Origin: Dehalococcoidia bacterium
GTDB taxonomy: Bacteria > Chloroflexota > Dehalococcoidia > Bin125
Reading direction: 5' to 3'
DNA: 64,000 bases
NCBI GenBank assembly: GCA_022825265.1
Contig: JAJDXE010000015.1
Span: forward strand, 6,468-70,467
Numbering within the stretch: position 1 is the first letter of the stretch; each line of letters opens with the position of its first letter. Below the pieces are notes generated by a model. The model saw nothing but the letters and a program-made list of their open reading frames with translations. It did no database searches and was not told the origin of the DNA. Both the position numbers and the translations under genes were made by a program. Below are positions 37,090 through 46,741 of the stretch, in pieces.

Positions 37090-37764
37090 CTACTGCATCT
37101 TCGAGTACGGCAGCGGATTCAGGAAGTACAACTCCTCCTCCGGAGCATGCTCCCGCAGCGGACCGATGATCTCTTTCAGCGGATCACCCGCTCGATACTC
37201 CATCATCCCGCTCGCACCCTGGGGCATGATCCACAGATCGGTCAGCTCGCCCGTGCGCCCGATCCTCGAGGCATAGGCCGTCACCAACTGCAGCGCCCCC
37301 GCGCTGTCCATCGTGTCGACCAGCCCGCCGATCGTCTCGATCGCCGGCAGCAACCCGCCGCCGGCGGTCTGCAACACAGCCAACATGTACTGTCGAGGCT
37401 GCGCAGGATCGCTGGTGTCCAGCGCGGCCTGCAACCGCTCCTCGGTCCCGTACGAGACCCGGTTGGCGAACTTTGTGATCTCCTCGATCTCAATCTCGCC
37501 CCGCAGCTTCTCTACCGTCGACCAGAGCTTCTCGTCTTGGCCGAGCGAGCCAAGGCACTCCTCCGCGTGGGCCATGCTCTCGTAGCGATGGATCGAGATG
37601 TCCCAGCCCATCTCCCCGCCGGTCATCTTCCACGCCCCGATCAGGTCGATCCCGTGACGCTCCATCGCCGGCGCGACGGTGTCGGCGTAGAAGTCGACGA
37701 ACAGGTCGAACGCGGTGTTGGTGATCGGCTTGATCCGATGTCGGACTTCAAGAAAGACGGCCAT
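37090..37764 (-). CDS. hypothetical protein (possible NIPSNAP/Dabb-like alpha+beta fold)
   Basis: 224-aa ORF with good coding look. No firm family assignment. Confidence 0.5.
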   Translation of the reverse strand: MAVFLEVRHRIKPITNTAFDLFVDFYADTVAPAMERHGIDLIGAWKMTGGEMGWDISIHRYESMAHAEECLGSLGQDEKLWSTVEKLRGEIEIEEITKFANRVSYGTEERLQAALDTSDPAQPRQYMLAVLQTAGGGLLPAIETIGGLVDTMDSAGALQLVTAYASRIGRTGELTDLWIMPQGASGMMEYRAGDPLKEIIGPLREHAPEEELYFLNPLPYSKMQ

Positions 37765-37800
37765 GCTGAACTCCAGAACTGTCTGACAGGTGCCCGCAGG

Positions 37801-38703
37801 CTAAAGGCTGGGAGCCAGCGCTGCGATGAACTCTCGCGTGCGTTGCCGCTCATTGGCATCCACGCCTTCGAACGCCGCGTAGAAGTCGGTCACGCCGATC
37901 TCCTTCCAGCGCAGCAGCTCCTGCTCGATCTCCTCCTCGCTGCCCACAATCGAGACCCCCGCGGGGTCGTCCGCGCCCGATCCCTGGATCACCCGCTGAT
38001 ACGACGGCAACGTGTTGTACATCGCAAACGCCTTGGAAATTCGCTCACGAGTGCCGTCCGGGTCGGCGGTGACGGCGATCGGGACTCCCGCGATCACGCG
38101 AGGATCGGGCCTGCCCTCCGCCTGCGCCGCGCCGCCCATCTCGGGCATCACGACCTCTTCGATCCACTTCGGACCCGCCAGCCAGAGCGCCGTGCCGTCG
38201 GCCAGCCGCCCCGTGATCCGCAACATCTGCGGACCCAGCGCCGCGACCAGCACCGGCGGAGCCTCGCAGTCGTGCAACTCAACCTGCGAGTGGACCTGGA
38301 ACTCCTCGCCCTCGTGATGCACGACCTCGCCCCGCATCAGCGGGACCAGGATCTCCAGGTACTCGCGCATGTGCCGCACCACCTTGCTGAAGTCCAGCCC
38401 CCACGAGTCCGCAATCACGACCTCGTGCGAAAGCCCAAGGCCCAGCGTGAACCGGCCGCCGCAGGCCGCGTTGGTCGCCAACGCCTGCTGAGCCATCGCC
38501 ACCGGATGCCGTGTGTACGTGGGAATGACGTAGGTGCCCAGCTCGATCTCCGACGTCTCCCCTGCCGCCAGGGCGAGCACGGTCATGGCGTCGTGCCCCA
38601 TCGAGGGCAGGAACGCCCCGGCGAAGCCATCGGCCTCGAGCTGTTTGACCGCTTCGATCTTCCCGGCAAGCGTGGTGGCGTTGGGCGGTGCGAGGACGCG
38701 CAT
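37801..38703 (-). CDS. LLM class F420-dependent oxidoreductase
   Basis: Internal start MRVLAPPN with GAGGAG RBS. Luciferase-like TIM barrel (FAGAFLPSMGHD...LGLGLSH). The longer track ORF is an N-terminal over-extension. Confidence 0.85.
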   Translation of the reverse strand: MRVLAPPNATTLAGKIEAVKQLEADGFAGAFLPSMGHDAMTVLALAAGETSEIELGTYVIPTYTRHPVAMAQQALATNAACGGRFTLGLGLSHEVVIADSWGLDFSKVVRHMREYLEILVPLMRGEVVHHEGEEFQVHSQVELHDCEAPPVLVAALGPQMLRITGRLADGTALWLAGPKWIEEVVMPEMGGAAQAEGRPDPRVIAGVPIAVTADPDGTRERISKAFAMYNTLPSYQRVIQGSGADDPAGVSIVGSEEEIEQELLRWKEIGVTDFYAAFEGVDANERQRTREFIAALAPSL

Positions 38704-38815
38704 CGGGAACTCCTCTGAAATCTGTGGCAAATCGATCGGGCTGTTCGCAGTATTGCGCACGCGAGTCGTTAGCCTGCGCGGCGACAATAACTTCCGGAAA
38801 GCAGGAACGACCACC

Positions 38816-39715
38816 ATGGCATCAGCAGAACTCCAGAAAGTCCTCGGACTCATGGCAGAGCGCCCGCTTGGCGCAGGCAATCCCACGCTCGAGGAGATGC
38901 GGGCGGGCATGGAGGCCAGCTCGTTCCCCGTCACCGACGCCGCGACCGTCACACCGGTCGTCGCCAACGGCGTCCCCGGCGAGTGGGTCACGGTGCCTGA
39001 ATCCGACCCCAACCGACGCCTGCTCTACGTCCACGGCGGCGGCTACGTGATCGGCTCGCCGATCACCCACCGACGCCTCTGCGAAGACATCGCCCGCGCA
39101 GGCGGCTGCGCGGTGCTGAACCTCGACTACCGCCTCGCGCCCGAGCATCCCTTCCCGGCCGCCGTCGAGGACGCGATCGAGGGACTCAAGTTCATCCAGT
39201 CCAACGGACCGGACGGAGAGGGAGCAGCCGACTCGACCTTCGTCGCCGGGGACTCGGCCGGAGGCGGACTGACCCTGGCGACGCTGCTGACGGCCCGAGA
39301 ACAGGGCGTAGACCAGCCCAACGCCGCCATCGGCATTTCGGCCTGGACCGACCTCGCGATCACCGGCGAAACGATTCAGACCCGAGCCAAGGCCGACCCG
39401 CTGATCACCGACGCGTCGATGGTGGAGGGCATGGCGACCCAGTACCTCGGCGGCGCCGACGCCGAGAATCCCCTCGCCTCGCCGCTCTACGCCGACTACG
39501 CAGGATTGCCGCCGCTGCTGCTTCAGGTCGGCGACGCCGAGGTCCTGCTCTCGGACACGACCCGGGTGACCGAGAAGGCCCGCGCTGCCGGTGTGGACGT
39601 GGTCGAGGAGGTCTGGGACGAGATGTTCCACGTCTGGCACCAGTTCGCGCCGATGCTGCCCGAGGGCCAGGAGGCCGTCAACCGGATCGGCGAGTTCATC
39701 AACCAGCACGCATAG
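38816..39715 (+). CDS. alpha/beta hydrolase (HSL-family esterase/lipase), paralog 1 of 3
   Basis: HGGGY oxyanion motif, GDSAGG nucleophile elbow, C-terminal His region. Confidence 0.85.
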   Translation: MASAELQKVLGLMAERPLGAGNPTLEEMRAGMEASSFPVTDAATVTPVVANGVPGEWVTVPESDPNRRLLYVHGGGYVIGSPITHRRLCEDIARAGGCAVLNLDYRLAPEHPFPAAVEDAIEGLKFIQSNGPDGEGAADSTFVAGDSAGGGLTLATLLTAREQGVDQPNAAIGISAWTDLAITGETIQTRAKADPLITDASMVEGMATQYLGGADAENPLASPLYADYAGLPPLLLQVGDAEVLLSDTTRVTEKARAAGVDVVEEVWDEMFHVWHQFAPMLPEGQEAVNRIGEFINQHA

Positions 39716-39754
39716 CGCCCTCCTGCAACGACGCGCAGAGAAGGAAGGCTGCCG

Positions 39755-40654
39755 ATGGCCTCGGAGGAACTGCAGCAAGTCCTCAAACTGATCGAGGAAC
39801 GACCGCGTCCGCTGGTCAATCCCACGCGCCAACAGATCCGCGAGGCGATGGAGCAGCGCTCCTTCCCCGCGACCGACGCCGCCACGGTGATCCCGGTCGA
39901 AGCCAACGGGGTGCCCGGTGAATGGGTGACGGTGGCTGAGTCTGATCCGAACCGCCGCGTGCTCTACTTCCACGGCGGCGGCTACGTCTACGGCTCGCCG
40001 GTGACCCATCGCCGACTCTGCGAAGACATCGCGCGAGCCGGCGGCTGCGCCGTCCTCAATCTCGACTACCGGCTCGCGCCCGAGCACCCCTTCCCCGCGG
40101 CCGTCGACGACGCCATCGCCGGGTTCAAATTCATCCACGCGAACGGACCTGAGGGCGCTGGGGCGGCGGAGTCGATGTTCGTCGCCGGCGACTCGGCAGG
40201 TGGCGGACTGACGCTCGCCACGCTGCTGGCAGTCCGCGACCAGGGCCTCAATCTGCCCAACGCGGCAATCGCGATCTCCGCCTGGACCGACCTGGCCAAC
40301 ACCGGCGAATCGGTCACCTCGCTCGCCGAGGACGATCCGCAGAAGAGCAGCGTGTCGATGCTCGAAGAGCTGGCCGATCAATACCTCGCCGGCGCCGACG
40401 CCGAGACGCCGCTCGCCTCGCCGCTCTACGCGGACTACTCCGGGCTGCCGCCACTGCTGATGCAGGTCGGCGGTGCCGAAATGCTGCTATCGGACACCAC
40501 GAGAGCCGCTGAGCAGGCGCGAGCAGCCGGTGTCGAAGTGGTCGAAGAAGTCTGGGACGAAATGTTCCACGTCTGGCACCAGTTCGCGCCGCTGCTGCCC
40601 GAAGGTCAACAGGCGATTGAGCGGATTGGCGAGTTCATCAACCATCACGCGTAA
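39755..40654 (+). CDS. alpha/beta hydrolase (HSL-family esterase/lipase), paralog 2 of 3
   Basis: Near-collinear with paralog 1 (HGGGY, GDSAGG). Confidence 0.85.
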   Translation: MASEELQQVLKLIEERPRPLVNPTRQQIREAMEQRSFPATDAATVIPVEANGVPGEWVTVAESDPNRRVLYFHGGGYVYGSPVTHRRLCEDIARAGGCAVLNLDYRLAPEHPFPAAVDDAIAGFKFIHANGPEGAGAAESMFVAGDSAGGGLTLATLLAVRDQGLNLPNAAIAISAWTDLANTGESVTSLAEDDPQKSSVSMLEELADQYLAGADAETPLASPLYADYSGLPPLLMQVGGAEMLLSDTTRAAEQARAAGVEVVEEVWDEMFHVWHQFAPLLPEGQQAIERIGEFINHHA

Positions 40655-40690
40655 CCGAATCCACCGGTTCAGCAGACAAGGGAGTAGTCC

Positions 40691-41611
40691 ATGCCATCCG
40701 AGCAATACCAACAGGTCGTCGAGGCGATGCAGGCTCAGGCCGCTAGCATGATCGGAGCCGAGCTCACCATCGAGCAGCAGCGCGCTGCGATGGAAGAAGG
40801 CTTCAGCTTCCCCCTCCAGGACGACATCTCGCTCACAGCGGCCGACGCCAACGGCGTGCTGGGCGAGTGGACGGTGCTGCCCGGGTCCGATCCCAATCGC
40901 CGCCTGCTCTACGTGCACGGCGGAGGCTACGTCCTCGGATCGATCGGGACCCACCGGCGCCTGGTCGCCGACATCTGCCGAGCCGCGGGCTGCGTCGCGC
41001 TCAACCTGAGTTACCGCTTGGCCCCGGAGCACCCGTTCCCCGCTGCGGTCGACGATGCGATTGCCGGGCTCGAATACATCTGGGCCAACGGACCGGCTGA
41101 GCCGGGCGAAGCAAGCTCGGTGTTCGTCGGCGGCGACTCGGCCGGAGGCGGCCTGATGCTGGCCACCTTGCTCGCCGCTCGCGAGCGCGGCGTGCGTATG
41201 CCCACTGGCGGGATCGGACTCTCTGCCTGGGCCGACCTCGCCGCCAGCCCCGAAGAGCTATCGGCGTTCGGACTCGACGATCCGACCATCCCCGACAACA
41301 CCGTCGCCATCACTGCCTCACAGGGCTGGGCCGCCATGTACGCCGGCGATGCCGACCGTAGAGACCCGTTGATCTCCCCGATCTTCGCCGACTACGACGG
41401 CATCTGCCCCTTGCTCCTGCAGGCTGGATCAGTCGAAATGATCTGCCGCGACACCGAGCGGGTCGCCGCCCGAGCCCGCGAAGCAGGCGTCGAAGTGGTC
41501 GAAGAGATCTGGGACGACATGTTCCACGTCTGGCAGGCCTTCGCGCCCATGCTCCCCGAAGGCCAACAAGCCATCGACCACATCGGCGACTGGATCCGCG
41601 GACGAGCCTGA
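40691..41611 (+). CDS. alpha/beta hydrolase (HSL-family esterase/lipase), paralog 3 of 3
   Basis: HGGGY, GDSAGG. More diverged than paralogs 1 and 2. Confidence 0.85.
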   Translation: MPSEQYQQVVEAMQAQAASMIGAELTIEQQRAAMEEGFSFPLQDDISLTAADANGVLGEWTVLPGSDPNRRLLYVHGGGYVLGSIGTHRRLVADICRAAGCVALNLSYRLAPEHPFPAAVDDAIAGLEYIWANGPAEPGEASSVFVGGDSAGGGLMLATLLAARERGVRMPTGGIGLSAWADLAASPEELSAFGLDDPTIPDNTVAITASQGWAAMYAGDADRRDPLISPIFADYDGICPLLLQAGSVEMICRDTERVAARAREAGVEVVEEIWDDMFHVWQAFAPMLPEGQQAIDHIGDWIRGRA

Positions 41612-41749
41612 GTGCCTGGCCGCAAATCGGCGACTCTCATGCAAGAGCCACCTGCTGCGTCGTTCACGTCAATCGGGAGCGATCCTCCAGGAGCCAATCT
41701 CCGGGTGCGATCGTCCGATCGGCTGACTGCGCGTCGTCGCTGAAACTCG

Positions 41750-43423
41750 TTGCGGGTGTTGCGCTCTCTGGACAATCCACGGCTGATCGCCGACAGGGCT
41801 CGTCGATACGGGATGAGCGGTCTCCTCGGCGACATCGTGGGCGGCGTCACCACCGCCGTCGTCGCGCTGCCGATCGCGTTGGCCCTCGGCGTGGCCGTCG
41901 GTCTGGCTGGAGGCCAGGATCCGGGCAGCGGCGCGCTGGCCGGACTCTACGGCGCGATCGCCGTGGGATTCTTCGCCGCTGTCTTCGGAGGCACCAGGGG
42001 TCAGATCTCAGGACCGACCGCGCCAATGGCGGTCGCCATGACCGTCGTGGTGCTGCAATTCAGCCTGTCCGAGGCCTTCGCGGTCGTCGTCCTCGCCGGC
42101 GTCATTCAGATCCTCCTGGGCGTCCTGCGAGTCGGGCGCTTCATCTCCTACACGCCCTACTCCGTGATCTCCGGATTCATGACCGGGATCGGCGTGATTA
42201 TCATGGCGCTTCAGGTGCTGCCCTTCCTTGGCGCGCCGATCGAGTCGGGCAGCTTGGCCAATCTGATCAGTCGCTGGCCCGCCGCCATCGGCGACGTCGA
42301 TGCCCAGGCATTGGCCATTGCCATCGTCACGCTCCTGGTGACCATCGTCTGGCCCCGGCGATTCCGCAGCTACTGTCCGCCCACTCTGGCCGCCTTGCTC
42401 GTCGGGACCCTGCTGGCACTGCTCTGGCTCAGTGACGCTCCAACGATTGGCGAGGTGCCCACCGGCTTGCCCTCCCTCGATTGGCCCGACGTGTCCTCCA
42501 ATTCCTGGCCGCTGCTCCTCCAATCCGCCTTCGTGCTCGCCCTGATCGGCTCGATCGACGCCCTGCTCACCTCGCTCGTGGCCGACTCGATGACGCGCGA
42601 CACGCACAGCCCCAATCGCGAACTCATCGGACAGGGCATGGGCAACACGGTTGCCGGCCTGATCGGCGGACTGCCCGGCGCCGGCACGACGCTGACGACC
42701 GTGGTCAACATTCGCGGCGGCGGACGCACGGCCGTCTCCGGCGTGATCGTCGCCGGCCTGTTCCTCGCCCTCGTCCTGGGCGCCGGATCCGTCACCGAAC
42801 CGATTCCCCAGGCGGTGCTGGCCGGCCTGCTGATGAAGATGGGCTGGGAGATCATCGATTGGCGCTTCGTCCGCCGCATCCTCCAGATCGAGCGCGGACA
42901 CGTCGTCGTCATGCTGATGACGCTGTTGCTGACCCTGTTCGTCGATCTGATCGTGGCCGTGGGCATCGGACTGATCGTCGCTGGCATGGCCAACGCCGTC
43001 CGATCCGAGCGACTGGAACTCGACCGCGTGCTCTCCGTGCCCCTCCTGGAACACGATCCCGATGATCCGTATCTGGCCCGGATCGGCGTGGTCGCGTTGC
43101 GCGGACGGTTCACGGTCGCATCATCGAACGCCCTGGTCCGCGTCGTCACCGCAGACCTCGAGGATCACGAGGTCGTGATCTTCGACTTCTCGCGAACCGC
43201 CAGCCTCGACGACAGCGCCGTCACGGTCATGCAGCAACTCTTCCAGACGGCGGCCGACAACGGCATCCCCTGCGTGATCGCCGGACTGAGCGGATCCGTC
43301 GAGTCCGCCCTGCAATCGCTCGGCGCGCTCAGTGGGATACCGCCCGATCGATTCGTCAACAGCCTGACCGAAGCGCGTGAACTCGCCCGAGAGCTATTGG
43401 TCGAGGAGACCCAGGATCTCTAA
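41750..43423 (+). CDS. SulP family inorganic anion transporter with C-terminal STAS domain
   Basis: Multi-TM SulP core and a C-terminal STAS region. The start may be MSGLLGD at 41813. Confidence 0.88.
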   Translation: MRVLRSLDNPRLIADRARRYGMSGLLGDIVGGVTTAVVALPIALALGVAVGLAGGQDPGSGALAGLYGAIAVGFFAAVFGGTRGQISGPTAPMAVAMTVVVLQFSLSEAFAVVVLAGVIQILLGVLRVGRFISYTPYSVISGFMTGIGVIIMALQVLPFLGAPIESGSLANLISRWPAAIGDVDAQALAIAIVTLLVTIVWPRRFRSYCPPTLAALLVGTLLALLWLSDAPTIGEVPTGLPSLDWPDVSSNSWPLLLQSAFVLALIGSIDALLTSLVADSMTRDTHSPNRELIGQGMGNTVAGLIGGLPGAGTTLTTVVNIRGGGRTAVSGVIVAGLFLALVLGAGSVTEPIPQAVLAGLLMKMGWEIIDWRFVRRILQIERGHVVVMLMTLLLTLFVDLIVAVGIGLIVAGMANAVRSERLELDRVLSVPLLEHDPDDPYLARIGVVALRGRFTVASSNALVRVVTADLEDHEVVIFDFSRTASLDDSAVTVMQQLFQTAADNGIPCVIAGLSGSVESALQSLGALSGIPPDRFVNSLTEARELARELLVEETQDL

Positions 43424-43424
43424 C

Positions 43425-43466
43425 CGCCTGGCTACCAACAGGCGGCTCGCACGTCTGTGGTCGGCA
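43425..43466. terminator. hairpin between convergent genes (CCGCCTG-N8-CAGGCGG)
   Basis: 7-bp perfect stem immediately after the SulP stop. Weak U-tract. Confidence 0.35.
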
Positions 43467-43469
43467 CCG

Positions 43470-43919
43470 TTAGAGGTGAACGATCTCGACATCACCCCAG
43501 TGACGCTGCAGGTACTCGGCAGCCAGCCGTCGGTGGCAGCGTGCGGGAGCATCCTCGCTGCAGAGCAGCACTGAATCGGCAATGATCGCCGGATCGAGCG
43601 TGGCCTCGACCCGCCGTTCGGCGAGCAACGCAACGTAGCGCTCGGCATACTCGTCCCAGCCGATATCTCCACCCCGAACACTCTTGAACAGCTCGGCTGA
43701 CGGGGCGAGTTCCGTGACGTGGACGTACTCCATCTGGCACAGCCGATCGAGGAGGTATTCGAAGTCGCCGCCCGATTTCGACACCTTGGCAAAACCGGCC
43801 AGTTGCGAAGACGGCTTCAACCGGATATCGACCACGCGTCTGGCTCCGGTCGATCCCAGCAGCTCATCGAAGAACTCTCTGGCCGACTTCTTCGTGAAGC
43901 CGATGGTGTACAGCCTCAT
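43470..43919 (-). CDS. DUF488 family protein
   Basis: N-terminus MRLYTIGFTKKSAREFF is typical of DUF488. Confidence 0.8.
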   Translation of the reverse strand: MRLYTIGFTKKSAREFFDELLGSTGARRVVDIRLKPSSQLAGFAKVSKSGGDFEYLLDRLCQMEYVHVTELAPSAELFKSVRGGDIGWDEYAERYVALLAERRVEATLDPAIIADSVLLCSEDAPARCHRRLAAEYLQRHWGDVEIVHL

Positions 43920-43939
43920 CTGCGGCGTGCCGTCTCGCG

Positions 43940-45316
43940 CTATGGATAGAACAGCTTCTGAGCCGCCTTGCGCAACTCTCCGCGGAAATCGGGATGCGCC
44001 ACCGAAATCAACTCCTCAGCCCTCGCCCGCACCGTCTTGCCCAGCAGCCGCGCGATCCCGTACTCCGTCACGACCGTGTCGGCGATATCCCGGGGCACCG
44101 TCACGATCTGGCCCGGGTCGAACTGCGCCATGATCGTCGAGATCGTCCCGTCGCGGCTGGTCGAGGGCAGGACCGTGACCGAGCGCCCCTTGGGCGCGAG
44201 ATAGGCGCCCATCGCGAAGGCCAGGTGCCCGCCGACCCCGGCATACACCCGAGGCCCGATCGTATGGACGCCCAGTTGCCCGGTCAGGTCCGCCGTCAGC
44301 GCCCCATTGATCGCGACGATGTTCTCGTTCCGCGCGATCTGACGAGGGTCGAGCAAGTACTCGATGCTGTACGTCTCAAAAGCGGGGTTGCGGTGAACCG
44401 TCGCGATCTCGTCGGGCGTGTTGCCGATCACCGTCGCGACGAACTTGTCGGGATGCGTCTGCGAGTACTTGCCCGTGATGATCCCGCGCTCGACCAGCGG
44501 CACCAGCCCCTCCGTCGTCAGTTCTGCAAAATAGGAGAGATTCTCGCGCTCGTCGAACGCGCCCAGCCGAGCCAGCGCGCCCGAGTGAGATCCCACGCCG
44601 ACCTGGATCGTGTCGCCGTCCTGGACGAGCTGCGACACGTAGTGCGTCAGGCCAAGGTCGACCTGGTTCGGCTCGGGAAACTCGAGATTGACCATCACCG
44701 GCGTGTCGGCCGGCACGAAGCAGTCAATCTCCGAGACGTGCAGCCAGGAGTCGCCGAACGTCTCGACCACGTTCTCGTTGACTTCTGCGACCACCTTCCT
44801 CGCCCGCTTCGCCGAGGTCACGCCGTCCCAGACCGAACTGCCTAGCGAGACAAACCCCGCCTCGTTGGGCGGCGTGCAGCGGATCTGCAGCACGTCGATT
44901 GGCCAGGCTTCGTCCTCGCGTCCCGCGTCCCAGGCCTTGTGAATCCCGACCAGCCAGTAGGGGTGGTAATCCGCGATCCCGGCGTTGACCGCGTCGCGGT
45001 CGAACAGCGTCCCAAACTGCGGCGCGACCTTGAACGCCGTCATCATCTCCTCGGTGAACCAGCCCGCGTCCGGCACGACGATGCCCCGCACCTCGACACC
45101 CTCAAGCTCCTCGCTGCGAGCAACCAGCGCCTGCAGAATCGGCAGCGACGCGTGACCCGGCGGAATCCAGAGATGATCGCCCGAGTTGAAGATCGCCGCC
45201 GCCATCTCCGGCGTGGCCAGCCGCTCGGCGTAGACATCGCGCCAGTTGATCGTCGGATCGAAGCGCGAGCTGCGCTGTTGGACGTAGGGGGACGTGGTCA
45301 TCGTGCTGCCTGCCAC
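43940..45316 (-). CDS. acetyl-CoA hydrolase/transferase family protein (CoA-transferase)
   Basis: Two-domain CoA-transferase pattern with a conserved C-terminal GQLGVHTIGPRVYAGVGGHLAFA. Confidence 0.85.
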   Translation of the reverse strand: MAGSTMTTSPYVQQRSSRFDPTINWRDVYAERLATPEMAAAIFNSGDHLWIPPGHASLPILQALVARSEELEGVEVRGIVVPDAGWFTEEMMTAFKVAPQFGTLFDRDAVNAGIADYHPYWLVGIHKAWDAGREDEAWPIDVLQIRCTPPNEAGFVSLGSSVWDGVTSAKRARKVVAEVNENVVETFGDSWLHVSEIDCFVPADTPVMVNLEFPEPNQVDLGLTHYVSQLVQDGDTIQVGVGSHSGALARLGAFDERENLSYFAELTTEGLVPLVERGIITGKYSQTHPDKFVATVIGNTPDEIATVHRNPAFETYSIEYLLDPRQIARNENIVAINGALTADLTGQLGVHTIGPRVYAGVGGHLAFAMGAYLAPKGRSVTVLPSTSRDGTISTIMAQFDPGQIVTVPRDIADTVVTEYGIARLLGKTVRARAEELISVAHPDFRGELRKAAQKLFYP

Positions 45317-45386
45317 TCAATCCTGCCGCCGGTAGTTAGACTCGCAATCAAGGTAACGCTGACGCTGCTCTACCAATAGACGACGA

Positions 45387-46589
45387 ATGGGGGACGACAT
45401 GGCGACTGATGGACGCATGGACTTTGGCATCTTCATGGCGCCGTTTCACCGCGTCGGCGAGAATCCCTCGCTGGCGATCCACCGCGACCTCGAACTGGTC
45501 GAGTGGCTCGATCAACTCGGCTACGACGAAGCCTGGATCGGCGAGCATCACTCCGCCGGCTGGGAACTGATCGCCTCGCCCGAGGTCTTCATCGCAGCTG
45601 CCGCCGAACGAACCAGCAACATCCGCCTCGGAACCGGCGTGGTCTCGCTGCCCTATCACCACCCGTTGATGGTCGTCGACCGGATGATCCAGCTCGACCA
45701 CATGACCCGAGGCCGCGTGATGATGGGCGTCGGACCCGGCGCGCTCTCCTCCGACGCGCGCATGATGGGCATCGACCCGCTCTATCAGCGACAGCGCATG
45801 GACGAGTCGCTGCGGGCGATCCTCGCGCTGCTCAAGCAGGACGGTCCGGTCAACATGAAGACCGACTGGTTCGAGCTAACCGACGCCCGCCTCCAGGTCT
45901 CGCCATACACGAAGCCGCACTTCGAGATGGCCGTCGCCTCGACCGTCTCGCCCGCCGGACGCCAGATGGCCGGCAAGTACGGCATGGGCATGCTCAGCAT
46001 CGGCGTCTACCTGCCCGGCGGACGCTCCAACCTCGAGGGTCAGTGGACCGAGGTCGAGCAGGTCGCCGAGCGCGAAGGAACCGTCGTCGACCGCAACAAG
46101 TGGCGGCTCGTGATCCCGATGTACATCGCCGAGACCCGCGAGCAAGCCTTCAACGAAGCCCGCGAAGGCTGGCGCGCCTGGCAGATCGACTACTTCCGCG
46201 ACACCCTCCAGGCCGTCCTGCCCGGTACAGCCGAAACACCCGAGGGCGCAGTCGAGACCGGCGGCGCAATCATCGGCACGCCCGACGACGCGATCAACGC
46301 CATCGAGATCCTCCAGGAGAACTCGGGCGGCTTCGGCGGCCTGATGATGCTCGCGCACGAGTGGGCCAACCGCGAGGGCATCCGCAAGTCCTACGAGCTC
46401 TTCGCCCGCTACGTCGCGCCGAAGTTCCAAGGCCAGCTCGCATCGGTCGAGGGAACCCAGCAGTGGGTCGCCTCCGGCGGCGGAGCCGTCTCCTTCAGCC
46501 GCAACGACGTCCTCGCCAAGGCCTTCGTCGACGCCGGCCAGGAAGTCCCCGAGTTCCTCCAGGCCCCCGCCGAAGCAGCCTCGGACTGA
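45387..46589 (+). CDS. LLM class flavin-dependent oxidoreductase
   Basis: Luciferase-like monooxygenase pattern (GIFMAPFH...WIGEHH...GTGVVSLPYHHP). Confidence 0.85.
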   Translation: MGDDMATDGRMDFGIFMAPFHRVGENPSLAIHRDLELVEWLDQLGYDEAWIGEHHSAGWELIASPEVFIAAAAERTSNIRLGTGVVSLPYHHPLMVVDRMIQLDHMTRGRVMMGVGPGALSSDARMMGIDPLYQRQRMDESLRAILALLKQDGPVNMKTDWFELTDARLQVSPYTKPHFEMAVASTVSPAGRQMAGKYGMGMLSIGVYLPGGRSNLEGQWTEVEQVAEREGTVVDRNKWRLVIPMYIAETREQAFNEAREGWRAWQIDYFRDTLQAVLPGTAETPEGAVETGGAIIGTPDDAINAIEILQENSGGFGGLMMLAHEWANREGIRKSYELFARYVAPKFQGQLASVEGTQQWVASGGGAVSFSRNDVLAKAFVDAGQEVPEFLQAPAEAASD

Positions 46590-46741
46590 CCAGTTCTGAC
46601 AACGGTTGAGAGCTCCGATGCCCCGTGCTTGACACGGGGCCCAGACCTCGATCACCGCTCGAAGCGCGAAAGTAGTCCTCGTCTCGATCATTGTGCGGAG
46701 TTGCGAAGGCCGGTGCCCCGGATGACGTCCGAGTCGATCTC

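Noticed and set aside
37801-39012. The full 403-aa ORF as the LLM oxidoreductase
   Set aside because: The N-terminal 103 residues are Ser/Thr/Pro low-complexity. An internal ATG at 38703 with a GAGGAG RBS gives a 300-aa protein of canonical LLM length.
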